A stretch of DNA of 63,334 bases, counting the filler, from Candidatus Coatesbacteria bacterium (GTDB lineage: Bacteria > JAFGND01), in the NCBI GenBank assembly GCA_016927185.1. It is 3 parts of 3 records of this genome, joined end to end, with 100 filler letters (N's around TTAATTAATTAA, not from the genome) between each part and the next. Parts side by side here need not be neighbours in the genome. Positions count along the whole stretch, not along the records: positions 18,751 to 43,550 come from JAFGND010000010.1; positions 43,651 to 63,334 come from JAFGND010000051.1; 1 more part is not named here. One strand, given 5' to 3'. Shown one piece after another: positions 42,207 to 51,942 of this stretch (position 1 is its first letter; every line of letters starts with the position of its first letter). Under the pieces are notes generated by a model. That model was not told the DNA's origin. It saw only the letters and a program-made list of their open reading frames with translations, and did no database searches. The position numbers and the translations under genes are program-made.

Positions 42207-43478
42207 TTAATTATTTATCTTGATTATCCTCCTGCAATCCATCCCGCTCTTCACAATATAAACTCCCTCTCTCCATTTGCTTGTATCAATAGAGTGCTTT
42301 CCTTTATCTAGCTTCATTATCAGCTGACCAGTCAGGGAATAGACTACTCCTGAAGAGAGCAGGGAAACTGACAAGCGAGATGAGAAGGGGTTGGGGGAAG
42401 CAGAAAAATCGTTCTCAGGTAATTTTATAGCTGATTTATAATCTGTAAATCCTGTATATCCATAGGTTTCAACAGCATAGAGATACGTATCAAAACTTCC
42501 AAAGTAAACTGTATAATTATATATTAATGGCGAAGAATGGATTCTATTCCCTGTTTTATACTTCCACATTAAATGTCCATCTGTACTATTAACTGCATAA
42601 AGATTACTATCATAACTCCCAAAATATACTATATTATTAAAAATACAGGGAGATGATTTTATAAAAGACTCTGTCCTATAACTCCAAATGAATTTTTTAT
42701 CTGATGCTTTAATTGCATAAAGATAGAAATCATCACTTCCAAAATATAAGTTTCCATTCTCAATACAAGGGGAAGAAGTAATATTCCCTTCTGTTTTAAA
42801 TTTCCATTTCAACATTCCATTGTCAAATCTTAATGTATAAAGATTATAATCATTACTCCCTATATATAAATATTGTCCTGAAATGTCTGGAGAAGATTCT
42901 ACAGCACCTTCTGTTATATATTTCCATAGCAGATTACCATTTGAAGCATTAAGTGCATAAATGTTTTTATCATTACTACCTATAAAGATAACATTGTTTA
43001 ATAAATATGGAGTAGATACAACACCATTATTTGTTTTATAAATCCAGATTAAATCTCCATTTTTTGAATTAATAGCATATATGTAATTATCATTACTTCC
43101 ACAATAAACAATACCATTATTAACAATAGGAGATGATTGTATATATGCTCCAGTTGTATATTTCCAAATAAAGCCTCCATTATAAGCATTTAAAGCATAT
43201 ATATTTGCAGTATAATCTCCAAAAAATAGTATATTATTTGAAACACAAGGAGTAGAATCAATGCAATTTGGAGTTTTAAATGACCATATCAAAGAACCAT
43301 TGAAAGAATTCAATGCGTACAAATTTCCATAATAGGATCCAATATAAATTATATTATTAGATAAACATGGAGAGGAAAATCCGCCACCTGTCTTATACTT
43401 CCATATTAAATCTCCAGGAGCTGATAATAACAAATTTGAATAATAGAAAAGGAATATTACTATTATAAAGGATTTCAT
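42207..43478 (-). CDS. Secreted PQQ-repeat beta-propeller protein with a T9SS type A-like C-terminal sorting domain
   Basis: Signal peptide. Eight SSP....VY.GS.D..LYA.N...G.L.W repeats. C-terminus SPNPF...VYSLTGQLI...GVYIVK...IIK. Confidence 0.88.
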   Translation of the reverse strand: MKSFIIVIFLFYYSNLLLSAPGDLIWKYKTGGGFSSPCLSNNIIYIGSYYGNLYALNSFNGSLIWSFKTPNCIDSTPCVSNNILFFGDYTANIYALNAYNGGFIWKYTTGAYIQSSPIVNNGIVYCGSNDNYIYAINSKNGDLIWIYKTNNGVVSTPYLLNNVIFIGSNDKNIYALNASNGNLLWKYITEGAVESSPDISGQYLYIGSNDYNLYTLRFDNGMLKWKFKTEGNITSSPCIENGNLYFGSDDFYLYAIKASDKKFIWSYRTESFIKSSPCIFNNIVYFGSYDSNLYAVNSTDGHLMWKYKTGNRIHSSPLIYNYTVYFGSFDTYLYAVETYGYTGFTDYKSAIKLPENDFSASPNPFSSRLSVSLLSSGVVYSLTGQLIMKLDKGKHSIDTSKWREGVYIVKSGMDCRRIIKINN

Positions 43479-43550
43479 ATTATCCTCCTTGAATTTATTC
43501 CTTTTTTTAGCAGTACTTTTATAAAATCTATACCCAATAACATTCTGGTA

Positions 43551-43650
43551 NNNNNNNNNNNNNNNNNNNNNNNNNNNNNNNNNNNNNNNNNNNNTTAATT
43601 AATTAANNNNNNNNNNNNNNNNNNNNNNNNNNNNNNNNNNNNNNNNNNNN
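43551..43650. other. Artificial contig-joining linker
   Basis: Same N-TTAATTAATTAA-N structure as at 18651. Confidence 0.97.
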
Positions 43651-43720
43651 AATTATAAAAGGTAAAATTCTACTATGCTCTCCTTATCAATGTCCGGGAA
43701 TACTATTTTATTTATAATTA

Positions 43721-43770
43721 TAAAAAATAAGGCATAAAAGTTACTACTTTTATATACTTTTAACTACTTT
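43721..43770. repeat. Dispersed regulatory-like repeat (second copy at about 18613-18650) with three 10-bp-periodic TACTTT units
   Basis: TATAATTATAAA...AAAAGTTACTACTT occurs at both sites. Inverted repeat ATAAAAGT-tact-ACTTTTAT at 43734-43753. Confidence 0.7.
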
Positions 43771-43814
43771 TATAGTAAGAATAGCTACCTTTTTTAAGAA
43801 ATTAATTTTTTACC

Positions 43815-43843
43815 TTGACAAATTTGTATTTTATCCTTATATT
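43815..43843 (+). promoter_or_regulatory. Sigma70-type promoter
   Basis: TTGACA-17-TATATT. Confidence 0.65.
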
Positions 43844-44025
43844 ATGTGTGACGCATGAAATATGTTAGTTTTTTCCTGCTTCAATGAAGTCAGTATTGGC
43901 TGAAGTTTTGAAACAGGAGTTGTTAATCAAGTATGAAAGCAACGGAAATCAATCAATGAAGAAAATTGGTTGACATTTTTTGTAATGCAATCATCAAAAA
44001 CAGATAGTAATTTCAAAGGAGAAAT

Positions 44026-45132
44026 ATGTACAAAATAGTTCTGATTTTGCTTTTTACAGTATCATTTCTTTGTTCAGAGGAAACACCTTCTGAAGTATCC
44101 AGAATTGATATCTTTGCTGAAAATGCAGGTGACTTTCTTGATATCAACATCAAGGAACTGGAAAGCAAGGCATTCAGTCTCTACCAGAAAGCTGATTATG
44201 AAAATGCGGCAAGAGCTTATTTGCATATGCTGAAATACAAGATAAATGACGGAGGAAACATATACAATCTTGCTTGCTGCTACGGGCTTCTTGGCAAGGC
44301 TGAGCTTGCTGCAATGTATCTCAAAAGAGCAGTGAAAGCAGGTTTTGATGATATAGAGCATATAAGAAGGGACAGTGATTTCGATAAGGTCAGGGGAAAT
44401 GCTGCCTTTGATTCAGTTTTCAACAAGCTTTCGCAGATTGCAAAGGAAAAGGAGGAATTGTCAGGGAAGAGAATCCCTTTCAAGGCATCAAGTTTCCTTC
44501 AGGTTCTCATGCAGTTTCCAACTGACTACAAGAAGGAAAAGAAGTATGATCTTGTAATTGGATTGCATGGATTCGGAAGCTCGCCTGAAAACTTCATGAA
44601 AACATGGACTAAGTTCAAGAATCCGCAATTCATATTTGTCTGCGCAAGAGCACCTTATGCATTCAATCTCGGTTCAGAAACAGGATATAGCTGGTCAGTG
44701 CTTTCTGTTGACAAAGTTCTGAACAAGCAGTCCGATGAAATGACAGAAGAATATATTGTTAATCTGACCAGGGAATTGAAAAAGAAATACAAAATTTCCA
44801 ATATATATCTTCTCGGTTTCTCCCAGGGCTGCTCCCAGGCCTATAAAATCGGGATAAGAAACCATGAGCTGTACAAGGGAATTATCTGCTTTGGCGGCTG
44901 GCTTGATAAGGAATACCTGGGAGCAGAGAAGATAAATGAAGCTAAAGAACTGAGAACTTTCATAAGTCACGGCAAGAAGGATAATGTTGTGGATCCGAAG
45001 GTTGCACTGGAAGCATACGAAAATCTCAAGAAAGCAGGTTACAAGGATCTGATTTTCTCAGATTTTGATGGAGCTCATGCAGTTTTAGAAGAAGAGCTGA
45101 AGAAAGTGAAGGAATGGATTGAAAAGGAGTAG
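44026..45132 (+). CDS. Secreted TPR plus alpha/beta-hydrolase (phospholipase/carboxylesterase) protein
   Basis: YNLACCYGLLG TPR unit. LHGFG, GFSQG, HG.KDNVV, GAH. Confidence 0.85.
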   Translation: MYKIVLILLFTVSFLCSEETPSEVSRIDIFAENAGDFLDINIKELESKAFSLYQKADYENAARAYLHMLKYKINDGGNIYNLACCYGLLGKAELAAMYLKRAVKAGFDDIEHIRRDSDFDKVRGNAAFDSVFNKLSQIAKEKEELSGKRIPFKASSFLQVLMQFPTDYKKEKKYDLVIGLHGFGSSPENFMKTWTKFKNPQFIFVCARAPYAFNLGSETGYSWSVLSVDKVLNKQSDEMTEEYIVNLTRELKKKYKISNIYLLGFSQGCSQAYKIGIRNHELYKGIICFGGWLDKEYLGAEKINEAKELRTFISHGKKDNVVDPKVALEAYENLKKAGYKDLIFSDFDGAHAVLEEELKKVKEWIEKE

Positions 45133-45135
45133 AAT

Positions 45136-45774
45136 TTGGTCACATTTTTACTATTAATGCTATTGCAATATTCAACAAGCGATACTTATCCTGATGACAA
45201 ACCAGGCATGCTGGATACAAATCTGTTCTCAGTTTTCACCGGTCTGAAAAGCTTTAGTGGTGATGTTTCATATCATGAAGCTGAGGATTTCTTGAAACTT
45301 GAGTTCACGAAACCTGATGTCTCTGGATGGGTCAAGAAACTGAAATCCAAGCATGTAATAATAGGCTGCAAGGATTACACAAAGTTATACAGGCAGAATG
45401 GTGAAACAAGATATATATTGATAAAGAAAACGGGCAATTTCACGAGATTCTTCAAGACAGAGAAAGACAGGATTACAATGCTTACTTTAGTGAATGACGA
45501 AGGTAAATTATTCATGACAGAAGTTGGTGTCTGCATATGGGAATATTATTACAGGAACAATCTGCTTGAGAAAAAGATTTATTATACTAACCCATCAAAA
45601 ATATATGGAATAGAGATTTTTACATACAGGAAGAATTCCCTTGTTCCTGAGCTCTCAACTCTCTATGAAAGCCAGGACTGCATAAAAAAGAGCTTATGGA
45701 AAAGGAAGTTCTTTTATGACAAGTCTGGAAAAATTATCAAAAGTGAATGGAGGAAAAATGACAATACTGAATAA
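45136..45774 (+). CDS. Hypothetical protein, probably exported
   Basis: 212-aa ORF within the gene run, hydrophobic N-terminus. Confidence 0.55.
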   Translation: MVTFLLLMLLQYSTSDTYPDDKPGMLDTNLFSVFTGLKSFSGDVSYHEAEDFLKLEFTKPDVSGWVKKLKSKHVIIGCKDYTKLYRQNGETRYILIKKTGNFTRFFKTEKDRITMLTLVNDEGKLFMTEVGVCIWEYYYRNNLLEKKIYYTNPSKIYGIEIFTYRKNSLVPELSTLYESQDCIKKSLWKRKFFYDKSGKIIKSEWRKNDNTE

Positions 45775-46447
45775 GGAAAGTCTTGCAGAAACAATTGATG
45801 CTTTCAATGAAGCAGTTTTTTTCAGCAAAACATTGACAGGCAAGGAAAAGGAAGAAACAGCGATGTGGATTGCTTCACGCAGGGGGCTTCCAGATTCCTA
45901 TGCAGGAATGTTTGCTCCAACCGAACAGGATTTATCATCCCCGATTACCTTGTTTGCAGGAGACAGGATTAGTACAAAAGCTGCAACCGGACATATTCTT
46001 GGTGAAGAAGCTTGCAGAGTTTTGATTCTTATCAATTCTAGCAATGAAAAGGTTCAAGAAGCACTTAAGAAAGCAACCAATAACATGATAAAGAAACTCA
46101 CTTATGCAAGAGAAAATCATGACTTGTTCGGGACTTATTGCTGCGGGATTTGCACTGTATCCTTATGGAGGCATCTTGCAGCTGGTGGACTTAATGAACC
46201 TGGGAAAAGGCTTGAAGCAGGACTTGAAATTCTCAAGAAATGCAGACTGGGAGATGGCAAATGGAAGCGATTTCCGTTCTTCTATACGCTCCTTGCATTG
46301 CTTGAGATGGACACAAGAATGGCAATTGAAGAAATGAAATACAGCCAGAAATCTTGTGAAACATACCTGAAGCGTGCCAGGGGAAATTCCAAATATACTA
46401 TAAGAAAAAAGTCAATTGCAGAAAGGGTTCTTGATAAGTGCCAGTGA
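45758..46447 (+). CDS. Hypothetical protein
   Basis: GGAGG RBS before the ATG at 45758. Contains a YCCGIC motif. Confidence 0.65.
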   Translation: MTILNKESLAETIDAFNEAVFFSKTLTGKEKEETAMWIASRRGLPDSYAGMFAPTEQDLSSPITLFAGDRISTKAATGHILGEEACRVLILINSSNEKVQEALKKATNNMIKKLTYARENHDLFGTYCCGICTVSLWRHLAAGGLNEPGKRLEAGLEILKKCRLGDGKWKRFPFFYTLLALLEMDTRMAIEEMKYSQKSCETYLKRARGNSKYTIRKKSIAERVLDKCQ

Positions 46448-46497
46448 TTAAACAAATTTCTTTACATAAAGCACTAATTCTGGGGAACAAACCTTGC

Positions 46498-46764
46498 ATG
46501 AAAGAAATTGAATTAGTAATTCCGAACAAGCTTGGAATACACATGAGACCTGCAGCGATGCTTGTTGATGAAGCAAGCAAGTACAGCTCTGAAATAGAGA
46601 TAGAATTCAATGGAATAAAAGCAAATGCAAAGAGCCTTCTCAATATTGTAATGCTTGTTCTTGAATATAAGGCAAAAATAATAGTGAGAGCTATGGGCGA
46701 GGATGAAGAGAAGGCAATAATTGGGTTGAAAACCTTGATTGAAAACGGATTTGGAGAGAAGTAG
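46498..46764 (+). CDS. ptsH: Phosphocarrier protein HPr
   Basis: GIHMRPA (His15 site) and NAKSLL (Ser46 site). Confidence 0.92.
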   Translation: MKEIELVIPNKLGIHMRPAAMLVDEASKYSSEIEIEFNGIKANAKSLLNIVMLVLEYKAKIIVRAMGEDEEKAIIGLKTLIENGFGEK

Positions 46765-46767
46765 AAA

Positions 46768-48510
46768 TTGAAGATATATAAAGGTATAGGAGTTTCTCCC
46801 GGAATAGCAATTGGGAATATTTATCTTCTCGAAGTAGATATGCTGAGGATGCGCTACAAGAAGCTTACAAAAGAGGAGAGCAGGGAGAATATTGAACTAT
46901 TCAAGGAAGCAATAAGAAAGACCAGAGAGGATCTTCTTAAAATACGTCAGCAGATGATGGACTATGGTAATGATATTTTCATCGGACATCTTCGCCTGCT
47001 GGACGATCCTGTTTTCATTGGTGAAGTCATAAAGAAAGCCCAGCACGAAAATACCAATATCGAATATCTCTTTTCAATTCAGTTAAAGGAACAGGTCAAT
47101 ATTTTCAAGAAGATGGATAATCAGTACTTCAAGGAAAGGGCAACTGATTTGCAGGATGTCGGGAGAAGACTGATTCAGAATTTCATGGGTGCAGATGAAT
47201 ACACTTTCCTGGAGAACATCAAGGAGGATGTTGTAATTATAGCACATGAACTTCCTCCATCCTTCATTTCAAAGCTCCAGACAAGGCATATAATAGGTTT
47301 TGCAACAGAGGTTGGATCATGGACTTCTCACACCGCAATTATAGCAAGGGCATTGACTATTCCTGCAGTAGTAGGTCTTGAAGGAATTGCAGAAGAATGC
47401 TCACCTGGTGACAGGCTTCTGATTGATGGTGTTGATGGAGTTGTGATTTATGATCCTGACAGTGAAACATTAAAGGATTATGACAAGAGAAGAAGTGCCC
47501 AGAAGCAGCAGGAAAAAAGAATTATCGCAATTGCAAGGAAACCTGCATTAACAAGAGACAGGGAAAAGATAAATATACTGGCAAATATTGAAATTCCCCA
47601 GGAAGTGAATGAGCTGGTGCGATTCGGTGCAGAAGGAATTGGATTGTACAGGACTGAATTCCTTTTCATGTCAAGAAATGGAAAGATTTCCGAAGACGAG
47701 CAGTATCTTGTTTACAGGGAAATTGCCTCCAGAATGTATCCAAAACCAGTTACAATAAGGACTCTGGATCTGGGAGGCGACAAATTCCTGCATTATGATG
47801 ATTTCGCTGAGGTAGAGAAAGAGGATGTTTTAGGACTGAGGGCAATAAGATTCTGCCTTCATGAACCTCAGATATTCATGTCCCAGCTCAAGGCAATTTT
47901 AAGGGCGGCATATTCACTTAATGTGAAAATGATGTTTCCACTGATTTCTGAAGTTAATGAATTGAAGCAGGCATTGGAAATGCTTAATGAGGCAAAAAAC
48001 CAGCTTATGACCAACCAGATTCCCTTCAATTCGAATTTGAAAGTCGGGATAATGATTGAAGTTCCTTCTGCTGTAATGCTCGCAGATCATCTTGCCAGGA
48101 TGTGCGATTTCTTCAGTATTGGAACAAATGACCTGATACAGTATTCCCTTGCAGTGAACAGGGTTAACAAAAAGGTAGCATATCTCTATGATCCACTCAA
48201 TCCTGCTATTCTGAAATTGATATATCTTTCCATACAGGCAGCATTGAAAGCAGGCATAGAAATATCTATGTGCGGGGAAATGGCTTCAGATCCATGGGTA
48301 ATCTGGCTTTTGCTTGCAATGGGATTAAGGGATTTCTCTGTATCCCCAAAGCTTGTTGGATCAATAAAGGAATATGTTTCCCAGGTTGACATAAAAGGAA
48401 TCGAAAGAAATCTCCAGAAAGCATTGTCCTGTGCAACCGGAACTGAAGTGAGAGAACTTGCTGAAGAGATTGTGTTAAACAACAAACTTCCAATATGGCA
48501 GAAAAAATGA
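46768..48510 (+). CDS. ptsI: PTS enzyme I
   Basis: TSHTAIIAR, GIGLYRTEF, RTLDLGGDK, SIGTNDLIQY, CGEMA. Confidence 0.96.
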   Translation: MKIYKGIGVSPGIAIGNIYLLEVDMLRMRYKKLTKEESRENIELFKEAIRKTREDLLKIRQQMMDYGNDIFIGHLRLLDDPVFIGEVIKKAQHENTNIEYLFSIQLKEQVNIFKKMDNQYFKERATDLQDVGRRLIQNFMGADEYTFLENIKEDVVIIAHELPPSFISKLQTRHIIGFATEVGSWTSHTAIIARALTIPAVVGLEGIAEECSPGDRLLIDGVDGVVIYDPDSETLKDYDKRRSAQKQQEKRIIAIARKPALTRDREKINILANIEIPQEVNELVRFGAEGIGLYRTEFLFMSRNGKISEDEQYLVYREIASRMYPKPVTIRTLDLGGDKFLHYDDFAEVEKEDVLGLRAIRFCLHEPQIFMSQLKAILRAAYSLNVKMMFPLISEVNELKQALEMLNEAKNQLMTNQIPFNSNLKVGIMIEVPSAVMLADHLARMCDFFSIGTNDLIQYSLAVNRVNKKVAYLYDPLNPAILKLIYLSIQAALKAGIEISMCGEMASDPWVIWLLLAMGLRDFSVSPKLVGSIKEYVSQVDIKGIERNLQKALSCATGTEVRELAEEIVLNNKLPIWQKK

Positions 48511-48803
48511 GAAAAAACTGTTCATTTTGTGATACAGCAATAGATGAAATCTACAGAACAAAAAAAGTAGGTTGTCCTTCTTGTTATGAAGTATTCAAGG
48601 ACGAGATAAGAAAAATGCTTATTGAGATTCATGGAGTTTCAAGCCATAATGAGAATATATTGAATATCAACGAAATTGATGAAATGCTTTACTTGAAGCA
48701 GCGTTTGGCAAGAGCCATAAAGGAAGAAGATTACGAAGAAGCAGCAATATTGAGAGACCAGATAAAGAAAAAAGAGAAATCAGATGAAAAAACTAGACGT
48801 TAA
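48495..48803 (+). CDS. Short McsA-like protein (Zn motif plus UVR domain)
   Basis: CSFC...GCPSCYEVF..IHG, then AIKEEDYEEAAILRDQIK. Confidence 0.75.
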   Translation: MAEKMRKNCSFCDTAIDEIYRTKKVGCPSCYEVFKDEIRKMLIEIHGVSSHNENILNINEIDEMLYLKQRLARAIKEEDYEEAAILRDQIKKKEKSDEKTRR

Positions 48804-49422
48804 GGTATTCATTTTAGGACCAATCGAAACAAATTGCTATATCTGTTACAGCAGGGAAAGCAGGGATGCAGTACTGATAGATCCTGCAGATGCTTCTTTG
48901 GAAGTGCTAAACTTCATCGCAAAAAATAACCTTAAACTGAAGCTTATTGTATTCACTCATGGTCATTGGGATCATATCACAGGTGCAGACTATTTCAAGG
49001 ACAAATTGAAAACGCAGATTGCATGTCACCAAAACGAGTTACAGCTTATAATAAACTCAAGCCTGAGTTTATCACCGTTTATCGGGACAGGAGTCAGAAT
49101 AAGCGAGATTTCGAAAACCCTTGAAGAAGGTGAAGAAATCATGCTGGGTGATGATGCCCTTGTTGTAAAAACAACTCCCGGGCATTCTCCAGGTTCAATA
49201 ATACTTCTGTCGGAAAGAAACGGTTTCCTGTTCAGCGGAGATACTATATTCTGTCAGGGTATTGGAAGAACCGATTTACCTCAAGGTTCTGAGACTGAAC
49301 TTGTCAATTCAATAGAAAAATGCATACTGACTCTTGATGATAATCTCCGTTTCTATCCTGGACATGGTCAATCAGATACTATTGGCAATTTCAGGAAATG
49401 GTATAACAAATACTGGGTATAA
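48784..49422 (+). CDS. MBL-fold metallo-hydrolase (glyoxalase II-like)
   Basis: THGHWDH, PGHSPG, SGDTIF, GRTD, PGHG. Confidence 0.92.
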   Translation: MKKLDVKVFILGPIETNCYICYSRESRDAVLIDPADASLEVLNFIAKNNLKLKLIVFTHGHWDHITGADYFKDKLKTQIACHQNELQLIINSSLSLSPFIGTGVRISEISKTLEEGEEIMLGDDALVVKTTPGHSPGSIILLSERNGFLFSGDTIFCQGIGRTDLPQGSETELVNSIEKCILTLDDNLRFYPGHGQSDTIGNFRKWYNKYWV

Positions 49423-49424
49423 AC

Positions 49425-50585
49425 TTGAATCTGAAAACAAATCTTTCTGAATCTGAAATAGAATACAAGATTATAAATCCTGGAAAACTCAAGAAAGTAA
49501 GACTTACAGATAATCTCTTTTACCGTTTTCTTAAGGAGGCTCCCCCATTAAGTGAATACAAGCGGACTCCTGAAAAAATACTTCTTTTAAGGCTTGCTTA
49601 TATTGGAGATGTTCTTATGTGTTTACCCCTTTTAAAGCCCATCAGAGAGAAGTTCCCACAAGCAAGGATTGATTTTGTTACTTCAAACGCCTCAAAAGAG
49701 GTACTGGAGGGGAGAACACATTTTGATAATATTCTATCTTTTGATGTACCATGGTTTTACAAAAATGGCAGATGGAAAGATTATTTTAAAGTCCTGAAAA
49801 AGGTAAGAAAAGAGAAATATGACCTTCTGGTGGATTTGAGAGGAGATATAAGAAACATACTTTTTTTCCTGCTTTTAAGTAATTCAAAAACCAGAGTCTC
49901 TTTCAGAATTGGGGGAGGAGCCTGGGCACTTGATTATAAACTGCCAATCAAGGCAATTACCCATAAGGTGGATTTTCATTCAGCACTGCTTACTCAACTC
50001 AATGCTAATCAACCAGATACGAGTATAAATATAAGATACAGGAATGAAGAAATTGAAGAAGCAAGAAGCTTCCTTGAAAAGCTTGATTTAACTAATAATG
50101 ACAAGCTTGTTTTTATTCATCCAGGTGCAAGATTACCCCTGAAAACATGGCAGAAGGAGAAATTTGAAAGACTAACAGACGCATTACTTGTTGATAATCA
50201 TAAGATTGTAGGAGTAGGTTTAGGTAGTGACTCCATGCAGATATCGCATGTTAATTTCCTCAATCTTGCCGGCAAGACAAGTTTGCCTCAACTTGGTGCA
50301 TTGCTTTCGCTTGGGGATTTGTTTATAGGAAATGATAGTGCAGCAATGCATCTCGCAACTTTTTCAGGGACAAAAAAGGTGCTTGGCATTTTCGGTCCTT
50401 CAAAACCTTATGAAACAAGCCCTTACAAGGATACTGGACATTTCATTTGCCTTGATGCTATGTGCAGAAAGACTTGTGATGAGAGCCTTTGCAATTCCCC
50501 AGATTATAATTATTGCATGAAAAAACTGGACATTGACGAGGTAATTGCAAAAGCCTTTCTCTTGCTTGATAGCATAAATTGTTGA
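49425..50585 (+). CDS. Glycosyltransferase family 9 (heptosyltransferase-like)
   Basis: IGDVLM, HPGA...K.W, GKTSL, GNDSAAMHLA, FGPS. Confidence 0.9.
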   Translation: MNLKTNLSESEIEYKIINPGKLKKVRLTDNLFYRFLKEAPPLSEYKRTPEKILLLRLAYIGDVLMCLPLLKPIREKFPQARIDFVTSNASKEVLEGRTHFDNILSFDVPWFYKNGRWKDYFKVLKKVRKEKYDLLVDLRGDIRNILFFLLLSNSKTRVSFRIGGGAWALDYKLPIKAITHKVDFHSALLTQLNANQPDTSINIRYRNEEIEEARSFLEKLDLTNNDKLVFIHPGARLPLKTWQKEKFERLTDALLVDNHKIVGVGLGSDSMQISHVNFLNLAGKTSLPQLGALLSLGDLFIGNDSAAMHLATFSGTKKVLGIFGPSKPYETSPYKDTGHFICLDAMCRKTCDESLCNSPDYNYCMKKLDIDEVIAKAFLLLDSINC

Positions 50586-50696
50586 TTTTATTCTATCTTG
50601 ATTTCATTTCTAATTGACAAGAATTACAGCATTTGAATTCTATTCAAAAAATAAAAGATAGTTGATTGGAATACATTCCTGAAGAAAGGATCAAAG

Positions 50697-51788
50697 ATGA
50701 AAGCTAGTAAATTCGAAAACAAGCATCTTGAAAGCATTCCTGTTTATATTCCTGGTAAACCTATAAGCGAAGTGAGACGAGAACTTGGTATCGAAGGCGA
50801 TTTCATAAAACTGGCTTCCAATGAGAGCCCCTATGGCTGCTCTGACAAAGCCAAGGAGGCTGCTGCTTCAGCAATAAATGAAAGCTGGCTTTATCCAGAT
50901 GGGACTAGCTTTTATTTGAGAAAAAGTATAGCCGATTTCTATGGCTTGCCATTCGAGAATGTTATTGTTGGAAGTGGCTCTGTTGAACTTATTGATTTAT
51001 TGGCATTTGCATTTCTCAATAAGGATACCGAGCTTCTGACATCTGACAAGACATTCCTGATGGCTCAAATAGCAGCCAAGAAAGTTAATGCATTGGAAAA
51101 CATAGTCCCGACAACTCCCGGGTATGCATATGATGTAGATGAGATAATTTCAAGAATATCATCAAGAACAAGAATATTGTATATTGCAAATCCCAACAAC
51201 CCAACCGGAACCTTTATAAACAATGAGGGAATAAAGAAGATAATGAATGCAGTGGATGATAATCTGATAGTTGTTTTCGATGAAGCTTATTACGAATATG
51301 CTGAGGATCAAATAGATACTTTGAGATATTTAAGGGAAAACAGGCAGGTAATGATACTCAGGACTTTCTCGAAGGCATACGGTCTGGCAGGAATGAGAGT
51401 TGGTTACGGTTTATGTCATCCTGAATTGGTAGTCAGTCTTGACAAGATAAGAAATCCCTTCAATCTGACAATAATTGCCCAGGAAGCAGCTCTTGCAGCT
51501 TTGAAAGATCAGGAGCATATAAAAAAGGTAATTTACTTGAACAAGGCTGAAAGAATCTTCATGGAAGAAAGTCTCAAGAAACTGGGTTTGAAATATGTTC
51601 CATCAGTAACGAACTTCCTTCTGGTTGAATTTACAACGGACACAAAAAAAGTATATAATGACTTGTTAAAAAAAGGAATAATTGTACGTCCAGTAGCGAA
51701 TTATGGCTTGCCTAATCATCTGAGAATATCTCTTGGAACAAGAAAGCAAAATGAGCTGCTGTTGAAGGCTTTAGAAAACATTATTTAG
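50697..51788 (+). CDS. hisC: Histidinol-phosphate transaminase
   Basis: KLASNESP, NPNNPTG, DEAYYE, RTFSKAYGLAGMRVGY. Confidence 0.92.
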   Translation: MKASKFENKHLESIPVYIPGKPISEVRRELGIEGDFIKLASNESPYGCSDKAKEAAASAINESWLYPDGTSFYLRKSIADFYGLPFENVIVGSGSVELIDLLAFAFLNKDTELLTSDKTFLMAQIAAKKVNALENIVPTTPGYAYDVDEIISRISSRTRILYIANPNNPTGTFINNEGIKKIMNAVDDNLIVVFDEAYYEYAEDQIDTLRYLRENRQVMILRTFSKAYGLAGMRVGYGLCHPELVVSLDKIRNPFNLTIIAQEAALAALKDQEHIKKVIYLNKAERIFMEESLKKLGLKYVPSVTNFLLVEFTTDTKKVYNDLLKKGIIVRPVANYGLPNHLRISLGTRKQNELLLKALENII

Positions 51789-51942
51789 GATATGTTTGCT
51801 AATGCTTTTTTTATTGACCTTTTTTTAGATTGTACGATAATTGACTTGTGTTAATATTTTGCATTAATAAAATTTGGTAACTGATTAATTTTTTTGATAT
51901 TAGTATATTGTAGTTAATTAAAAAGTTAGAAAGGGACTCTTA

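Noticed and set aside
42480..43420. Recurring ~120-nt similarity as a CRISPR-like array
   Set aside because: These are degenerate, in-frame PQQ propeller blades. There are no identical repeats with unique spacers and no cas genes.
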